Below, one piece after another: positions 53,876-63,274 of a DNA stretch of 64,000 nt. Position 1 is the stretch's first letter. Every line of letters begins with the position of its first letter. This DNA is from Hydrogenophaga sp. (GTDB lineage Bacteria; Pseudomonadota; Gammaproteobacteria; Burkholderiales; Burkholderiaceae_C), in assembly GCA_011391495.1 (NCBI GenBank), contig JAABQK010000005.1, positions 36,070 to 100,069 of the forward strand, in the 5' to 3' direction. The notes under the pieces were generated by a model. It searched no databases. It was not told where the DNA came from and saw only the letters and a list, made by a program, of their open reading frames with translations. A program made the translations under genes and the position numbers.

Positions 53876-56674
53876 ATGGCCATCACACGCTCCACCTGCC
53901 CCTACTGCGGCGTCGGCTGTGGCGTGCTCATCGAAACCGAGGGTCACCAGATCACCGGCGTGCGCGGCGACCCGGACCATCCGGCCAATTTCGGCAAGCT
54001 GTGCACCAAGGGCACGACGCTGCACCTGACGGCCACGCCAGAGCTGACGCGCCAGACCCGCCTGCTGCAGCCGATGCAGCGGCTGGCGCGCAAGGCAAAC
54101 CCCACGCCACTGGGCTGGGACACGGCGCTGGACCTGGCCACCGACCGTTTTGCACGGACGATCAAGGAACACGGCCCCGACGCGGTGGGCTTCTACATCA
54201 GCGGCCAGCTGCTGACCGAGGACTACTACGTCTTCAACAAGCTGGCAAAGGGCCTGATCGGCACCAACAACGTGGACACCAACTCGCGCCTGTGCATGAG
54301 CAGCGCGGTGGCCGGCTACAAGGCCACACTGGGCGCCGATGCGCCGCCCGCCTGCTATGACGACGTGAACCACGCCGCCTGCCTGTTCATCGTCGGCAGC
54401 AACGCAGCGTACGCCCACCCGGTCCTGTTCCGCCGCATCGAAGAAGCGCGCAAGAAGAACCCGGCCATGAAGGTGATCGTGGCCGACCCGCGCCGCACCG
54501 ACACCGCCGAACTGGCCGACCTCTACCTGCCGCTGCAGCCCGGCACCGACGTGATGCTGTTCCACGGCCTGCTGCACATCATGCTGTGGGAAGGCTGGAC
54601 CGACGCCGGCTACATCGCTGCGCACACCACCGGCCTCGACGGGCTCAAGACGCTGGTGCGCGAGTGCACGCCCGAGCACGTGGCACAGGTCTGCGGCGTA
54701 CCCAAAGAAGACCTGTTCACCGCCGCGAAATGGTTTGCTGGCCTGGACGGCCAGGGGTTCGCCAACCGCAGGCCCACGCTCAGCCTCTACTGCCAGGGCC
54801 TGAACCAGAGCAGCAGCGGCACGGCGAAAAACGCCACCCTGATCAACCTGCACCTGGCCACCGGCCAGATCGGCAAACCGGGCGCCGGCCCGTTCAGCCT
54901 CACGGGCCAGCCCAATGCCATGGGCGGACGCGAAGTGGGTGGCCTGGCCAACCTGCTCAGCGCCCACCGCGACCTGGCCAACCCCGTGCACCGCGCCGAA
55001 GTGGCCGCACTCTGGGGCGTGGCCGATGTACCTTCGAAACCCGGCAAGACCGCGGTGGAAATGTTCGAGGCAGCAGCCGACGGCGAGATCAAGGCGCTGT
55101 GGATCGCCTGCACCAACCCGGCGCAGTCCATGCCCGACCAAGCCACCGTGCGCCGCGCGCTGGAGCGCGCCGAGTTCGTCGTGGTGCAGGAGGCCTACGC
55201 CACCGCCGCCACCTGCGACTGGGCCGACCTGCTGCTGCCCGCCACCACCTGGGGCGAAAAGGACGGTACCGTCACCAACAGCGAACGCCGCATCAGCCGC
55301 GTGCGCGCCGCCGTGCCCGCCCCAGGCATTGCCCGGCACGACTGGCAGATCGTGGTGGACGTTGCGCGGCGGATCGAAATCATGCTGCGGCCCGGCCAGC
55401 CCACGCTCTTCCCTTACGCCGACGCCGAATCCATCTGGCTCGAACACCGCGCATCCACCCGCGGCCGCGACCTCGACATCACCGGCCTCTCCTGGCCCAT
55501 GCTCGACGAGCAAGGCCCGCAGCAGTGGCCACTGCGCGAAGGCGAGACACAAGGCAAAGTCCGGCTCTACGCCGACGGCGTCTTCCCCACCGCCGACGGC
55601 AAGGCGCACTTCGCCGCCCTGCCCTACCGGCCGCTGGCCGAGCCGCGCGAATCGCGTTACCCGTTCTCGCTCAGTACCGGCCGCCTGCGCGACCAGTGGC
55701 ACGGCATGACGCGCACCGGCACCATTGGCCGCCTGTTCGGCCACGTGGCCGAGCCCGTGGTGCAACTGCATCCGCAGGACATGGCGCGCCGTGGCCTGAA
55801 AGACGGCGACCTGGTGCACGTGACCAGCAAGCGCGGCTCCATCGTGCTGCCGGTTCAGGCCTCAGCCGCCCTGGGCACGACCCAGGCCTTCATCGCCATG
55901 CACTGGGGCGCGGAATACCTGAGCGGGCGCAGCAGCATGGGCGAGCCACTGGCAGGTGTGAACGCGCTCACCACCTCCGCCAGTTGCCCCATGTCCAAAC
56001 AACCCGAGCTCAAGCACACGGCGGTCAAGATCCTCAAGGCCGAACTGCCCTGGAACCTGCTGGCCATGGCCTGGCTGCCGAGCGACCGGGCGCTGTCAGC
56101 TCAAGCTGAGCTGCGTGCGCTGATGCCGTCGTTCGAGTTCGCATCCTGTGTGCCCTTTGGCCGCGACCGCACCGGTCTGCTGTTCCGCGCCGCCGCGCAC
56201 GAGGCACCCGACGCGGCAACGATCGAGCGCATCGAAACCCTGCTCGGGCTGGGCGGCACCGACGCCCTGCGCTATGTGGACAGGCGGCTGGGCCAGCGCC
56301 GCACCGCGCGCCTCGTGCGCACAGGGGGCGCCACCCGGCTTGAAGGCTTCGTGCTCGCGGGCGATGTGCGCGCCGAGGCCTGGATCAAACCGCTGCTGCA
56401 GGATGAACTGCCGGCCGGGGCCTACGGCCGCCTGCTGCTGATGCCGGGCACCAAAGCCCCGGTGGCGGTGGTGGCCAAGGGCAAACAGATCTGCACCTGC
56501 TTCAACGTGACCGAAGACACCATCAACGGCCACCTGGAAGCCTGCGGCGGCAACCCCGACCAGCGCCTGGCTTCGCTGCAGGGCGAGCTGAAGTGCGGCA
56601 CCAACTGCGGCTCCTGCATCCCCGAACTGCGCCGCCTGGTGCGCGCCGGCCCCCAGACGCTGCAGGCGGCTTGA
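53876..56674 (+). CDS. nasA: Assimilatory nitrate reductase catalytic subunit (Mo-bisPGD, C-terminal BFD-like 2Fe-2S)
   Basis: CPYCGVGC..C, NSRLCMSS, GQPNAMGGRE, TGRLRDQWH, CTC...CGTNCGSC. Confidence 0.95.
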   Translation: MAITRSTCPYCGVGCGVLIETEGHQITGVRGDPDHPANFGKLCTKGTTLHLTATPELTRQTRLLQPMQRLARKANPTPLGWDTALDLATDRFARTIKEHGPDAVGFYISGQLLTEDYYVFNKLAKGLIGTNNVDTNSRLCMSSAVAGYKATLGADAPPACYDDVNHAACLFIVGSNAAYAHPVLFRRIEEARKKNPAMKVIVADPRRTDTAELADLYLPLQPGTDVMLFHGLLHIMLWEGWTDAGYIAAHTTGLDGLKTLVRECTPEHVAQVCGVPKEDLFTAAKWFAGLDGQGFANRRPTLSLYCQGLNQSSSGTAKNATLINLHLATGQIGKPGAGPFSLTGQPNAMGGREVGGLANLLSAHRDLANPVHRAEVAALWGVADVPSKPGKTAVEMFEAAADGEIKALWIACTNPAQSMPDQATVRRALERAEFVVVQEAYATAATCDWADLLLPATTWGEKDGTVTNSERRISRVRAAVPAPGIARHDWQIVVDVARRIEIMLRPGQPTLFPYADAESIWLEHRASTRGRDLDITGLSWPMLDEQGPQQWPLREGETQGKVRLYADGVFPTADGKAHFAALPYRPLAEPRESRYPFSLSTGRLRDQWHGMTRTGTIGRLFGHVAEPVVQLHPQDMARRGLKDGDLVHVTSKRGSIVLPVQASAALGTTQAFIAMHWGAEYLSGRSSMGEPLAGVNALTTSASCPMSKQPELKHTAVKILKAELPWNLLAMAWLPSDRALSAQAELRALMPSFEFASCVPFGRDRTGLLFRAAAHEAPDAATIERIETLLGLGGTDALRYVDRRLGQRRTARLVRTGGATRLEGFVLAGDVRAEAWIKPLLQDELPAGAYGRLLLMPGTKAPVAVVAKGKQICTCFNVTEDTINGHLEACGGNPDQRLASLQGELKCGTNCGSCIPELRRLVRAGPQTLQAA

Positions 56675-56743
56675 GGGGGTGCCATCCACCCCACAATCGG
56701 CATATAACCCGAAGTCATCAGCGTTGCCGGACAATCGCGACCC

Positions 56744-57700
56744 ATGAGCATCAGCCACTACATCAAGGAGATCGGGCGCGGGAAAGACGGGGCCCGTTCG
56801 CTCAACCGCGAGCAGGCCACGGACCTGTTCGGCCAGGTGCTCGACGGCACGGTGAGCGCCCTCGAGATCGGCGGCTTTTGCCTGGCCATGCGCATCAAGG
56901 GTGAAACGCCCGAAGAGATGACCGGCTTCCTGGACGCCACGCGCGCGAGACTGCAGAAGCTGCCCGACAACGGACTCACCACCGTGGTGCTGCCCAGCTA
57001 CAACGGTGCACGCAAATTGCCCGTGCTCACGCCCCTGCTGGCCCTGCTGCTGGCGCGCCAGGGTGTACCGGTTCTGGTGCACGGCACGGCCACCGAGGAC
57101 CGGCGCGTGACCAGCGAGGCCGTGTTCGCGGCGCTGGGCATGGACGCTGAGCGCAGTGTGCCCACGCTCGGTGCGGGCGAACTCGCCTTCGTGCCCACCG
57201 AGGTGCTGTTGCCCGGCCTCAAGCGCCTGCTCGACGTGCGCCGCGCGGTCGGCCTGCGCAACCCGGCGCACAGCCTGGTCAAGCTCATGAATCCCTGCGC
57301 GGGCGAGGCCCTGGTGGTGGGCAGCTACACGCACCCCGAATACGCGGTCTCCATGGCACAGACCTTTGCGCTGGTCGGCGCACACGCCCTGCTGCTGCGC
57401 GGAACCGAAGGCGAGCCGGTGGCCGATCCGCGCCGCACCCCACAGATGGAAGCCTTCCGCGACGGCCAGCGGCACCTGCTGCAAGCCGCGCAGGAGGGCC
57501 CGCTGGCCAGCCTGCCCGATCTGCCGCGCGACGTGGATGCCGCACGCACCGCGGCCTACATCCGCTCGGTGCTCGCTGGCGAGCGCCCGGTGCCCGCGCC
57601 GATCGCGCTGCAGGTGGAACACATCTTGCAAGAAGTGCAGCGTCATCCCACAACACGGACCGCCGAGACAACTGCCGTTCCAGAGGTCAGCCCACCATGA
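56744..57700 (+). CDS. ybiB: YbiB / TrpD2-like DNA-binding protein (anthranilate phosphoribosyltransferase fold)
   Basis: YIKEIGRG..GARSL, MRIKGE, PSYNGARK, GTEGE. Confidence 0.88.
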   Translation: MSISHYIKEIGRGKDGARSLNREQATDLFGQVLDGTVSALEIGGFCLAMRIKGETPEEMTGFLDATRARLQKLPDNGLTTVVLPSYNGARKLPVLTPLLALLLARQGVPVLVHGTATEDRRVTSEAVFAALGMDAERSVPTLGAGELAFVPTEVLLPGLKRLLDVRRAVGLRNPAHSLVKLMNPCAGEALVVGSYTHPEYAVSMAQTFALVGAHALLLRGTEGEPVADPRRTPQMEAFRDGQRHLLQAAQEGPLASLPDLPRDVDAARTAAYIRSVLAGERPVPAPIALQVEHILQEVQRHPTTRTAETTAVPEVSPP

Positions 57701-58521
57701 ACATGCCCGCCACCGTCACCCTGTCCACCACCGCCTTCAACCCCGGCAGCGTCACGCTCGTCGGCGCCGGCCCGGGCGACCCGGAACTGCTCACCATCAA
57801 GGCGGCGCGTGCTATTGGCGCGGCCACCGTGCTGCTGGTGGACGACCTGGTCAGCGACGCGGTGCTGCAGCACGCCTCGCCCACGGCCCGCATCGTGCAC
57901 GTGGGCAAGCGCGGGGGCTGCAAGAGCACGCCGCAAGCCTTCATTGAAAAGCTCATGATCATGGCCGCGCGCGAAGGCGAGGTCGTGGTGCGCCTGAAAG
58001 GCGGCGATCCCTTCATCTTTGGCCGCGGCGGTGAAGAGGTCGAGCACCTGCGCGAGCAGGGCATCGAGGTGCAGGTGCTCAACGGCATCACCGCCGGCCT
58101 GGCCGGCCTGACCTCGCTCGGCGCTCCGCTCACGCACCGCGATCACGCGCACGGCGTGGTGTTCATCACCGGCCACGCCAAGCCCGGCATCACAACGGAA
58201 TCCCGCGGCACCGACTGGCAAGCACTGGCGGCCACCGCGCGCGATGCCAAGCTCACGCTGGTGATCTACATGGGCGTGTCCAGTGCCGCGGCCATCCAGG
58301 CCGATCTGCTGACCGGCCTGCCGGCCTGCACGCCACTGGCCATCATCCAGCACGCCAGCCTGCCGCAGCAGCGCCACGCGCTGACCACGCTGGGCGGACT
58401 GACCACCACGCTGGAGAGCGAGGGTCTGGGCAGCCCCTCCGTGATCGTGGTCGGCGACGTGGTACGCGGCGTGGCGGCCCTGGCCCGACCCGAAGCGACG
58501 CCGACCCGCCAGGCCGCCTGA
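57697..58521 (+). CDS. cobA: Second uroporphyrinogen-III C-methyltransferase (siroheme supply)
   Basis: VGAGPGDPELLT, VGKRGGC.STPQ, RLKGGDPFIFGRGGEE. Confidence 0.9.
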   Translation: MNMPATVTLSTTAFNPGSVTLVGAGPGDPELLTIKAARAIGAATVLLVDDLVSDAVLQHASPTARIVHVGKRGGCKSTPQAFIEKLMIMAAREGEVVVRLKGGDPFIFGRGGEEVEHLREQGIEVQVLNGITAGLAGLTSLGAPLTHRDHAHGVVFITGHAKPGITTESRGTDWQALAATARDAKLTLVIYMGVSSAAAIQADLLTGLPACTPLAIIQHASLPQQRHALTTLGGLTTTLESEGLGSPSVIVVGDVVRGVAALARPEATPTRQAA

Positions 58522-58866
58522 CACCGTCTGGCACCCGCATCCGTTGCGGGCGCTGCCACAGCCTGGCGGGGTGGTGGCGGCGCGCATCAACCGGCCTTCT
58601 TGCGCGGGTGTGGCGTGCCAGCGCGCCTCGATCGCCTCCGACAGGGCCCTGGACCGACTGGCCGAGCGCCTCTGGCGCTGGCCGGGCTGGCGGGCGTGCC
58701 CGGTACCCTGCGCAACCGCGTGCTCTTTTGAAGGCCGGCACATCGGCCATCGGTCAACAGCAGCATGCGCAACGAGCGCCAGCGCACAGACCCGGGCTGC
58801 AGCCGCACCGTACAAACCGACAATGAACCTGGCGCAGCACCACGCGCCCATCAGCAGGAGCCATTC

Positions 58867-59172
58867 ATGTCCGAGTCATTGCACCCCACAGCCCCCGTGC
58901 AGCCAGCGCCGGGTACGGTACCGGTCGACGAGCCAGACCTGACCAATGCCGAGCTGGTGCAGCTGCGCGTGCGCGTGATCGCACTGGAAAACATGGTCAT
59001 CGCGCTGCTCGCCAACGCACCGCCGAGCCAGCAGGCGCTGGCGCGGGAGATGGCCAGCTACATCTCGCCCCGGCCGGGCTACACCCCCCATGCGCTCACC
59101 CTCCATGCGGCAGGCCAGATGCGCAGCCTGGTCGATCGCGCGGACCGGTTCCAGCCCACGCAGACGAACTGA
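58867..59172 (+). CDS. Small hypothetical protein
   Basis: AGGAG ribosome-binding site, typical codon usage, helical LRVRVIALEN segment and YISPRPG; ends 10 nt before sdhB. Confidence 0.7.
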   Translation: MSESLHPTAPVQPAPGTVPVDEPDLTNAELVQLRVRVIALENMVIALLANAPPSQQALAREMASYISPRPGYTPHALTLHAAGQMRSLVDRADRFQPTQTN

Positions 59173-59182
59173 GCGAGCCGCC

Positions 59183-59881
59183 ATGCACGTCTTTCACATC
59201 TACCGCTACGACCCGGACACCGACGCGAGGCCGCGCATGCAGCAATACCGGATCGACGTTCACCCTGGCGACCGCATGCTGCTGGATGTCTTGACGCGGC
59301 TCAAAGCCATGGACCCGACGCTGAGCTTTCGACGCTCCTGCCGGGAAGGTGTGTGCGGTTCGGACGCCATGAACATCAACGGCAAAAACGGGCTGGCCTG
59401 CCTGACCAACATGAATGCCTTGCCGCACACCGTGGTGCTAAAGCCATTGCCTGGCCTGCCCGTGGTGCGCGACCTGTTCGTCGACATGACCGGCTTTTTC
59501 AAGCAGTATCACTCGGTCAAGCCGTGGCTTATGAACGAAGCGCCGCCACCCGCGCAAGAACGCCTTCAGTCCATCCAGGCGCGCGAGGAACTCAACGGAC
59601 TGTACGAATGCATCCTGTGCGCCTGCTGTTCCAGCGCCTGTCCGAGCTTCTGGTGGAACCCGGACAAATACGTCGGCCCAGCCGGGCTGCTGCAGGCCTA
59701 CCGCTTTCTCGTGGACAGTCGCGATGAAGCCAGTGCCGCCAGACTGGACGACCTGCAGGACCCGTACCGCCTGTTCCGCTGCCGCACCATCCTGAACTGC
59801 ACCGATGTGTGTCCAAAAGGACTGAACCCGGCGCAGGCCATCGGAAAGATCAAGGAAATGATGGTGCGTCGCTCCATTTGA
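59183..59881 (+). CDS. sdhB: Orphan succinate dehydrogenase iron-sulfur subunit paralogue
   Basis: SCREGVCGSD..C, CILCACCSSACPSFWWN, CRTILNCTDVCPKGLNP; no sdhCDA nearby. Confidence 0.93.
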   Translation: MHVFHIYRYDPDTDARPRMQQYRIDVHPGDRMLLDVLTRLKAMDPTLSFRRSCREGVCGSDAMNINGKNGLACLTNMNALPHTVVLKPLPGLPVVRDLFVDMTGFFKQYHSVKPWLMNEAPPPAQERLQSIQAREELNGLYECILCACCSSACPSFWWNPDKYVGPAGLLQAYRFLVDSRDEASAARLDDLQDPYRLFRCRTILNCTDVCPKGLNPAQAIGKIKEMMVRRSI

Positions 59882-59987
59882 GGCAGGGCAACACAGGTTT
59901 CCGTCGTTGTCTTTCCGGACGGCCTGAGCCCGCTCACGCGCGAACAGGCGGCCTGACAAAGGCTGGCGCCCGCATACACTGCGGGCC

Positions 59988-61208
59988 ATGCAACAGTTTG
60001 ACGTGGTGGTGGTCGGCGCGGGAGCGGCCGGCCTTTTTTGTGCGGGTGTGGCGGGCCAGCGCGGTCTGCGCGTGCTGGTGCTCGACCACAGCGAGGCCGT
60101 GGCCGAAAAAATCCGCATCTCGGGCGGCGGCCGCGCCAACTTCACCAACCGCGACATTGACGTGCGCGCGCCGCAGAAGCACTTCGTCAGCGAGAACCCC
60201 AACTTCTGCCGCTCGGCACTGTCGCGCTACACCCCGGCAGACTTCATCGCGCTGGTACAGAAACACGGCATCACCTTTCACGAAAAGCACAAGGGACAGC
60301 TGTTCTGCGACCGCTCGGCCGACGACCTGATTGCGATGCTGCTGGCCGAATGCGCGGCTGGCGGTGTGCAACGCTGGCAGCCTTGCGGCGTCAGAGCCCT
60401 GCATGCGACCGAAAACGGCACGTACCAGATCGACACCGAGCGCGGCACGGTGCAAAGCCGGGCGGTGGTGGTCGCCACCGGCGGCCTGTCCATCCCCAAG
60501 ATCGGAGCCACCGACTTCGGCTACCGCATCGCCAGACAGTTCGGCCTGCGCACCATCGAGCCGCGCCCCGGGCTGGTGCCGCTGACCTTTGACGGCAAGG
60601 ACTGGGCGCCCTACGCGCAGTTAGCCGGCCTGTCGCTGCCGGTGCTGATCGAAACCGGCGACAAGAAAAGCCGGATCGGTTTCGCCGAAGACCTGCTGTT
60701 CACCCACCGCGGCCTCTCGGGCCCGGCGGTGCTGCAGATTTCGAGCTACTGGCGCGAAGGTACGCCGATCCGCATCAACCTGGCGCCCAACGTGGACCTG
60801 CCTGAAGCCTTGGGGCGAGCCAAGGCCACGTCGCGCAAACTGGTCTCCAACGAACTGGCCACCCTCGTGCCCAGCCGGCTGGCCGATGCCTGGGTGGCGC
60901 AGGACAAGGATTGGCAGCGCCCGATCAGCGAGGCTTCGGACAAGGCCCTGGCACGGCTGGCAGAGCGCCTGGCGCGCTGGGAAATCACCCCCACCGGCAG
61001 CGAAGGCTACAGAAAAGCCGAGGTCACGCTCGGCGGCGTGGACACGCGCGACCTGTCGTCCCAGACGATGGAATCCAGGCAGTCCGGGCTGTATTTCATC
61101 GGCGAGGTGGTGGACGTGACCGGCTGGCTCGGCGGTTACAACTTCCAGTGGGCCTGGGCCAGCGCCCATGCCTGCGCGGTGGCCATTTCCGGACAGAAAA
61201 CCGGCTGA
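59988..61208 (+). CDS. HI0933/BaiN family flavoprotein
   Basis: GAGAAG, KIRISGGGR.NFTN, ATGGLSIP, GGYNFQWAW. Confidence 0.92.
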   Translation: MQQFDVVVVGAGAAGLFCAGVAGQRGLRVLVLDHSEAVAEKIRISGGGRANFTNRDIDVRAPQKHFVSENPNFCRSALSRYTPADFIALVQKHGITFHEKHKGQLFCDRSADDLIAMLLAECAAGGVQRWQPCGVRALHATENGTYQIDTERGTVQSRAVVVATGGLSIPKIGATDFGYRIARQFGLRTIEPRPGLVPLTFDGKDWAPYAQLAGLSLPVLIETGDKKSRIGFAEDLLFTHRGLSGPAVLQISSYWREGTPIRINLAPNVDLPEALGRAKATSRKLVSNELATLVPSRLADAWVAQDKDWQRPISEASDKALARLAERLARWEITPTGSEGYRKAEVTLGGVDTRDLSSQTMESRQSGLYFIGEVVDVTGWLGGYNFQWAWASAHACAVAISGQKTG

Positions 61209-61244
61209 AGCCGGCCACGGAGTCCCTGGGAAACCGGCAAAGGA

Positions 61245-61273
61245 CTGGAAAATCGCCACGACAAGGCTATAAT
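61245..61273 (+). promoter_or_regulatory. sigma70 promoter of rpsU
   Basis: CTGGAA-N17-TATAAT. Confidence 0.6.
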
Positions 61274-61401
61274 TCAAGGCTTTGCTGGCAAACCCCCGCC
61301 GGCCAATACTAGTTAACAGGCGGGGGAACTTTGCAGAAACGATGCCTGGGCCCGATCTTCCCGTTCATCCTCTTTCTGTGCATTCTGGAATTTCTTCTTC
61401 A

Positions 61402-61614
61402 ATGACGACCATCCGTGTAAAAGACAACGAGCCCTTTGACGTCGCTCTGCGTCGCTTCAAGCGCACCATCGAAAAACTCGGCCTGCTGACCGACCTGCGC
61501 GCCCGCGAGTTCTACGAAAAGCCCACCGCCGAGCGCAAGCGCAAGAAGGCTGCTGCTGTCAAGCGCAACTACAAGCGCATCCGCGCCATGCAGTTGCCCA
61601 AGAAGCTGTACTGA
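61402..61614 (+). CDS. rpsU: 30S ribosomal protein S21
   Basis: ALRRFKR...[14 protein letters not shown]. Confidence 0.98.
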   Translation: MTTIRVKDNEPFDVALRRFKRTIEKLGLLTDLRAREFYEKPTAERKRKKAAAVKRNYKRIRAMQLPKKLY

Positions 61615-61645
61615 GATTGCTTGCCGGGTTCGCCCGGTCGCAGCC

Positions 61646-61684
61646 AAGCCCGCTGGAGGACGCTCAAGCGGGCTTTTTCGCTTT
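61646..61684 (+). terminator. Intrinsic terminator/attenuator after rpsU
   Basis: AAGCCCGCT...AGCGGGCTT followed by TTTCGCTTT. Confidence 0.75.
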
Positions 61685-61711
61685 CTGCTCACCCGTTTCA
61701 AAGGATTTCCC

Positions 61712-62158
61712 ATGAGCCTCAAGGACCAGATCACCGAAGACATGAAAGCCGCCATGCGCGCCAAGGACAGCGAGCGACTGGGCACGATTCGACTGCTCAC
61801 CGCGGCGATGAAGCAGAAGGAAGTGGACGAGCGCGTGGAGCTGGACGACGTGATGGTCGTGTCCATCGTCGACAAGCTCATCAAGCAGCGCAAGGACAGT
61901 GTCGAAGCCTTCACCAAGGCCGACCGCATGGACCTGGCCGACAAGGAAAGCGCCGAAATCAAGGTGTTGCAGGCCTACCTGCCCGCGCGCCTGTCGGCCG
62001 ACGAGGTGGCCGCCGAAGTGAAGGCCATCGTGGCAGAACTCGGCGCCAAAGGCCCCGGCGACATGGGCAAGGTGATGGGTGCGGTCAAGACCCGCCTGGC
62101 CGGCAAGGCCGACATGGGCCAGGTCTCGGCCGCCGTGAAGGCAGCCCTGGCCGGCTGA
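61712..62158 (+). CDS. GatB/YqeY domain protein
   Basis: DMKAAMRAKD..RL, KQRKDS, YLP..LS, DMGKVM. Confidence 0.93.
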   Translation: MSLKDQITEDMKAAMRAKDSERLGTIRLLTAAMKQKEVDERVELDDVMVVSIVDKLIKQRKDSVEAFTKADRMDLADKESAEIKVLQAYLPARLSADEVAAEVKAIVAELGAKGPGDMGKVMGAVKTRLAGKADMGQVSAAVKAALAG

Positions 62159-62216
62159 GCCTCGCCCGCCCGGCCCAGGGACATCGCCAACCCGGCCGGA
62201 GCGAAGTGCCTCCCTC

Positions 62217-62298
62217 CCAGAGCGCGGCGGAACCGGATTCGCCGGGCCGCATCGCGCTGCCCCCTTGAGGGTGTCGCGCGCAGCTCGGCAGGGGTGGG
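62217..62298 (+). repeat. Hairpin repeat family copy 9
   Basis: CCAGAGCGCGGCGGAACCGGATTCGCCGGGCCGCATCGCGCTGCCCCCTTGAGGGTGTCGCGCAGCTCGGCAGGGGTGGG. Confidence 0.85.
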
Positions 62299-62303
62299 CC
62301 CAT

Positions 62304-63191
62304 TCAGCGCAGGATCAGCGCCGTCCCCGCCACGGCCAGTGCCGCCCCGCCCCAGGCCCCCAGGGCTGGGCGGCGGCGGTAGACCAGCCACAGCAGCGGC
62401 AGGATCAGGATCGGCGTGACGGAGGACAGCACGGCGACCAGCCCGGCCTGACCGTGGCGCATGGCCTGCAGGATCAGCGTCATGCCCAGCGCCATCGCCA
62501 CCGCGGCGCTCAGGAACGTGAGGGCAGCGTCCTTCCATCGCACCCTGGCCTGCGCACGTGCCGCCGGCCAGCCCGCCGCCAGCAGCAGACCGTGTGCGCC
62601 GAGCGCCAGCGTCATGCGGACCGCAGAGGCGGCCACGGCGTCGATGCCGGTGGCCATGAGCGGCTTGAGCATCAGCGTGGCGACCGACTGGCACAGCGCC
62701 GCCAGCAGGCCCAGTGCCACGCCCACCGCCAGCCGGCCCCGGGTCTGTTCCCAGCGGTGCGATTCGTCGTCGCGCTTGCCCCAGGCGATGGCCAGCATCA
62801 CGCCCCCCACCAGCAGGCTGCTGCCCAGCAGCGCCCAGCCCCAGAGCACCTCGCCCAGCCAGGCCCAAGCGAGCACGCCGGAAAACAGCGCGTGACAGGC
62901 GAACAGCACGCCGGAGCGACGCGGCCCCAGGCGGTTCATGCAGGCAAAGAGCGCGGTGTCACCGATGAAGATGCCGATCACGCCCGACAGTCCGAGCAGC
63001 CAGAAGGCCGCTGGGTCCAGACTGCGCCAGCCGCCACTGGCCACCGCCAGCGCCCACAGGATGGCGCTGGCAAACAACATGCGCCAGCGGCTGAAGGCAA
63101 AGGCGCCCAGGCGCTGCGCGGGTGGCGCAGAAAACAGGCTGGAGACCGCCCAGCAGGCGGCCGCGAACAGGGCCAGGACTTCGGGACGCAC
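62304..63191 (-). CDS. DMT/EamA family transporter
   Basis: About ten TM helices in two repeats; GIFIGD, LGE motifs; GTG start. Confidence 0.88.
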   Translation of the reverse strand: MRPEVLALFAAACWAVSSLFSAPPAQRLGAFAFSRWRMLFASAILWALAVASGGWRSLDPAAFWLLGLSGVIGIFIGDTALFACMNRLGPRRSGVLFACHALFSGVLAWAWLGEVLWGWALLGSSLLVGGVMLAIAWGKRDDESHRWEQTRGRLAVGVALGLLAALCQSVATLMLKPLMATGIDAVAASAVRMTLALGAHGLLLAAGWPAARAQARVRWKDAALTFLSAAVAMALGMTLILQAMRHGQAGLVAVLSSVTPILILPLLWLVYRRRPALGAWGGAALAVAGTALILR

Positions 63192-63274
63192 AGCCCCTCA
63201 GGCGAAGGAAGAAAGACAGCGGGTCGGACGGATCTCTGGCCCGGTACACGAGGCCAGAAGCTGCCAGCCTGCTT

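Noticed and set aside
58522-58866. ORFs or an FNR box upstream of the hypothetical-sdhB pair
   Set aside because: The ORFs overlap, have low complexity and lack motifs. No TTGA-N6-TCAA match was found by eye.
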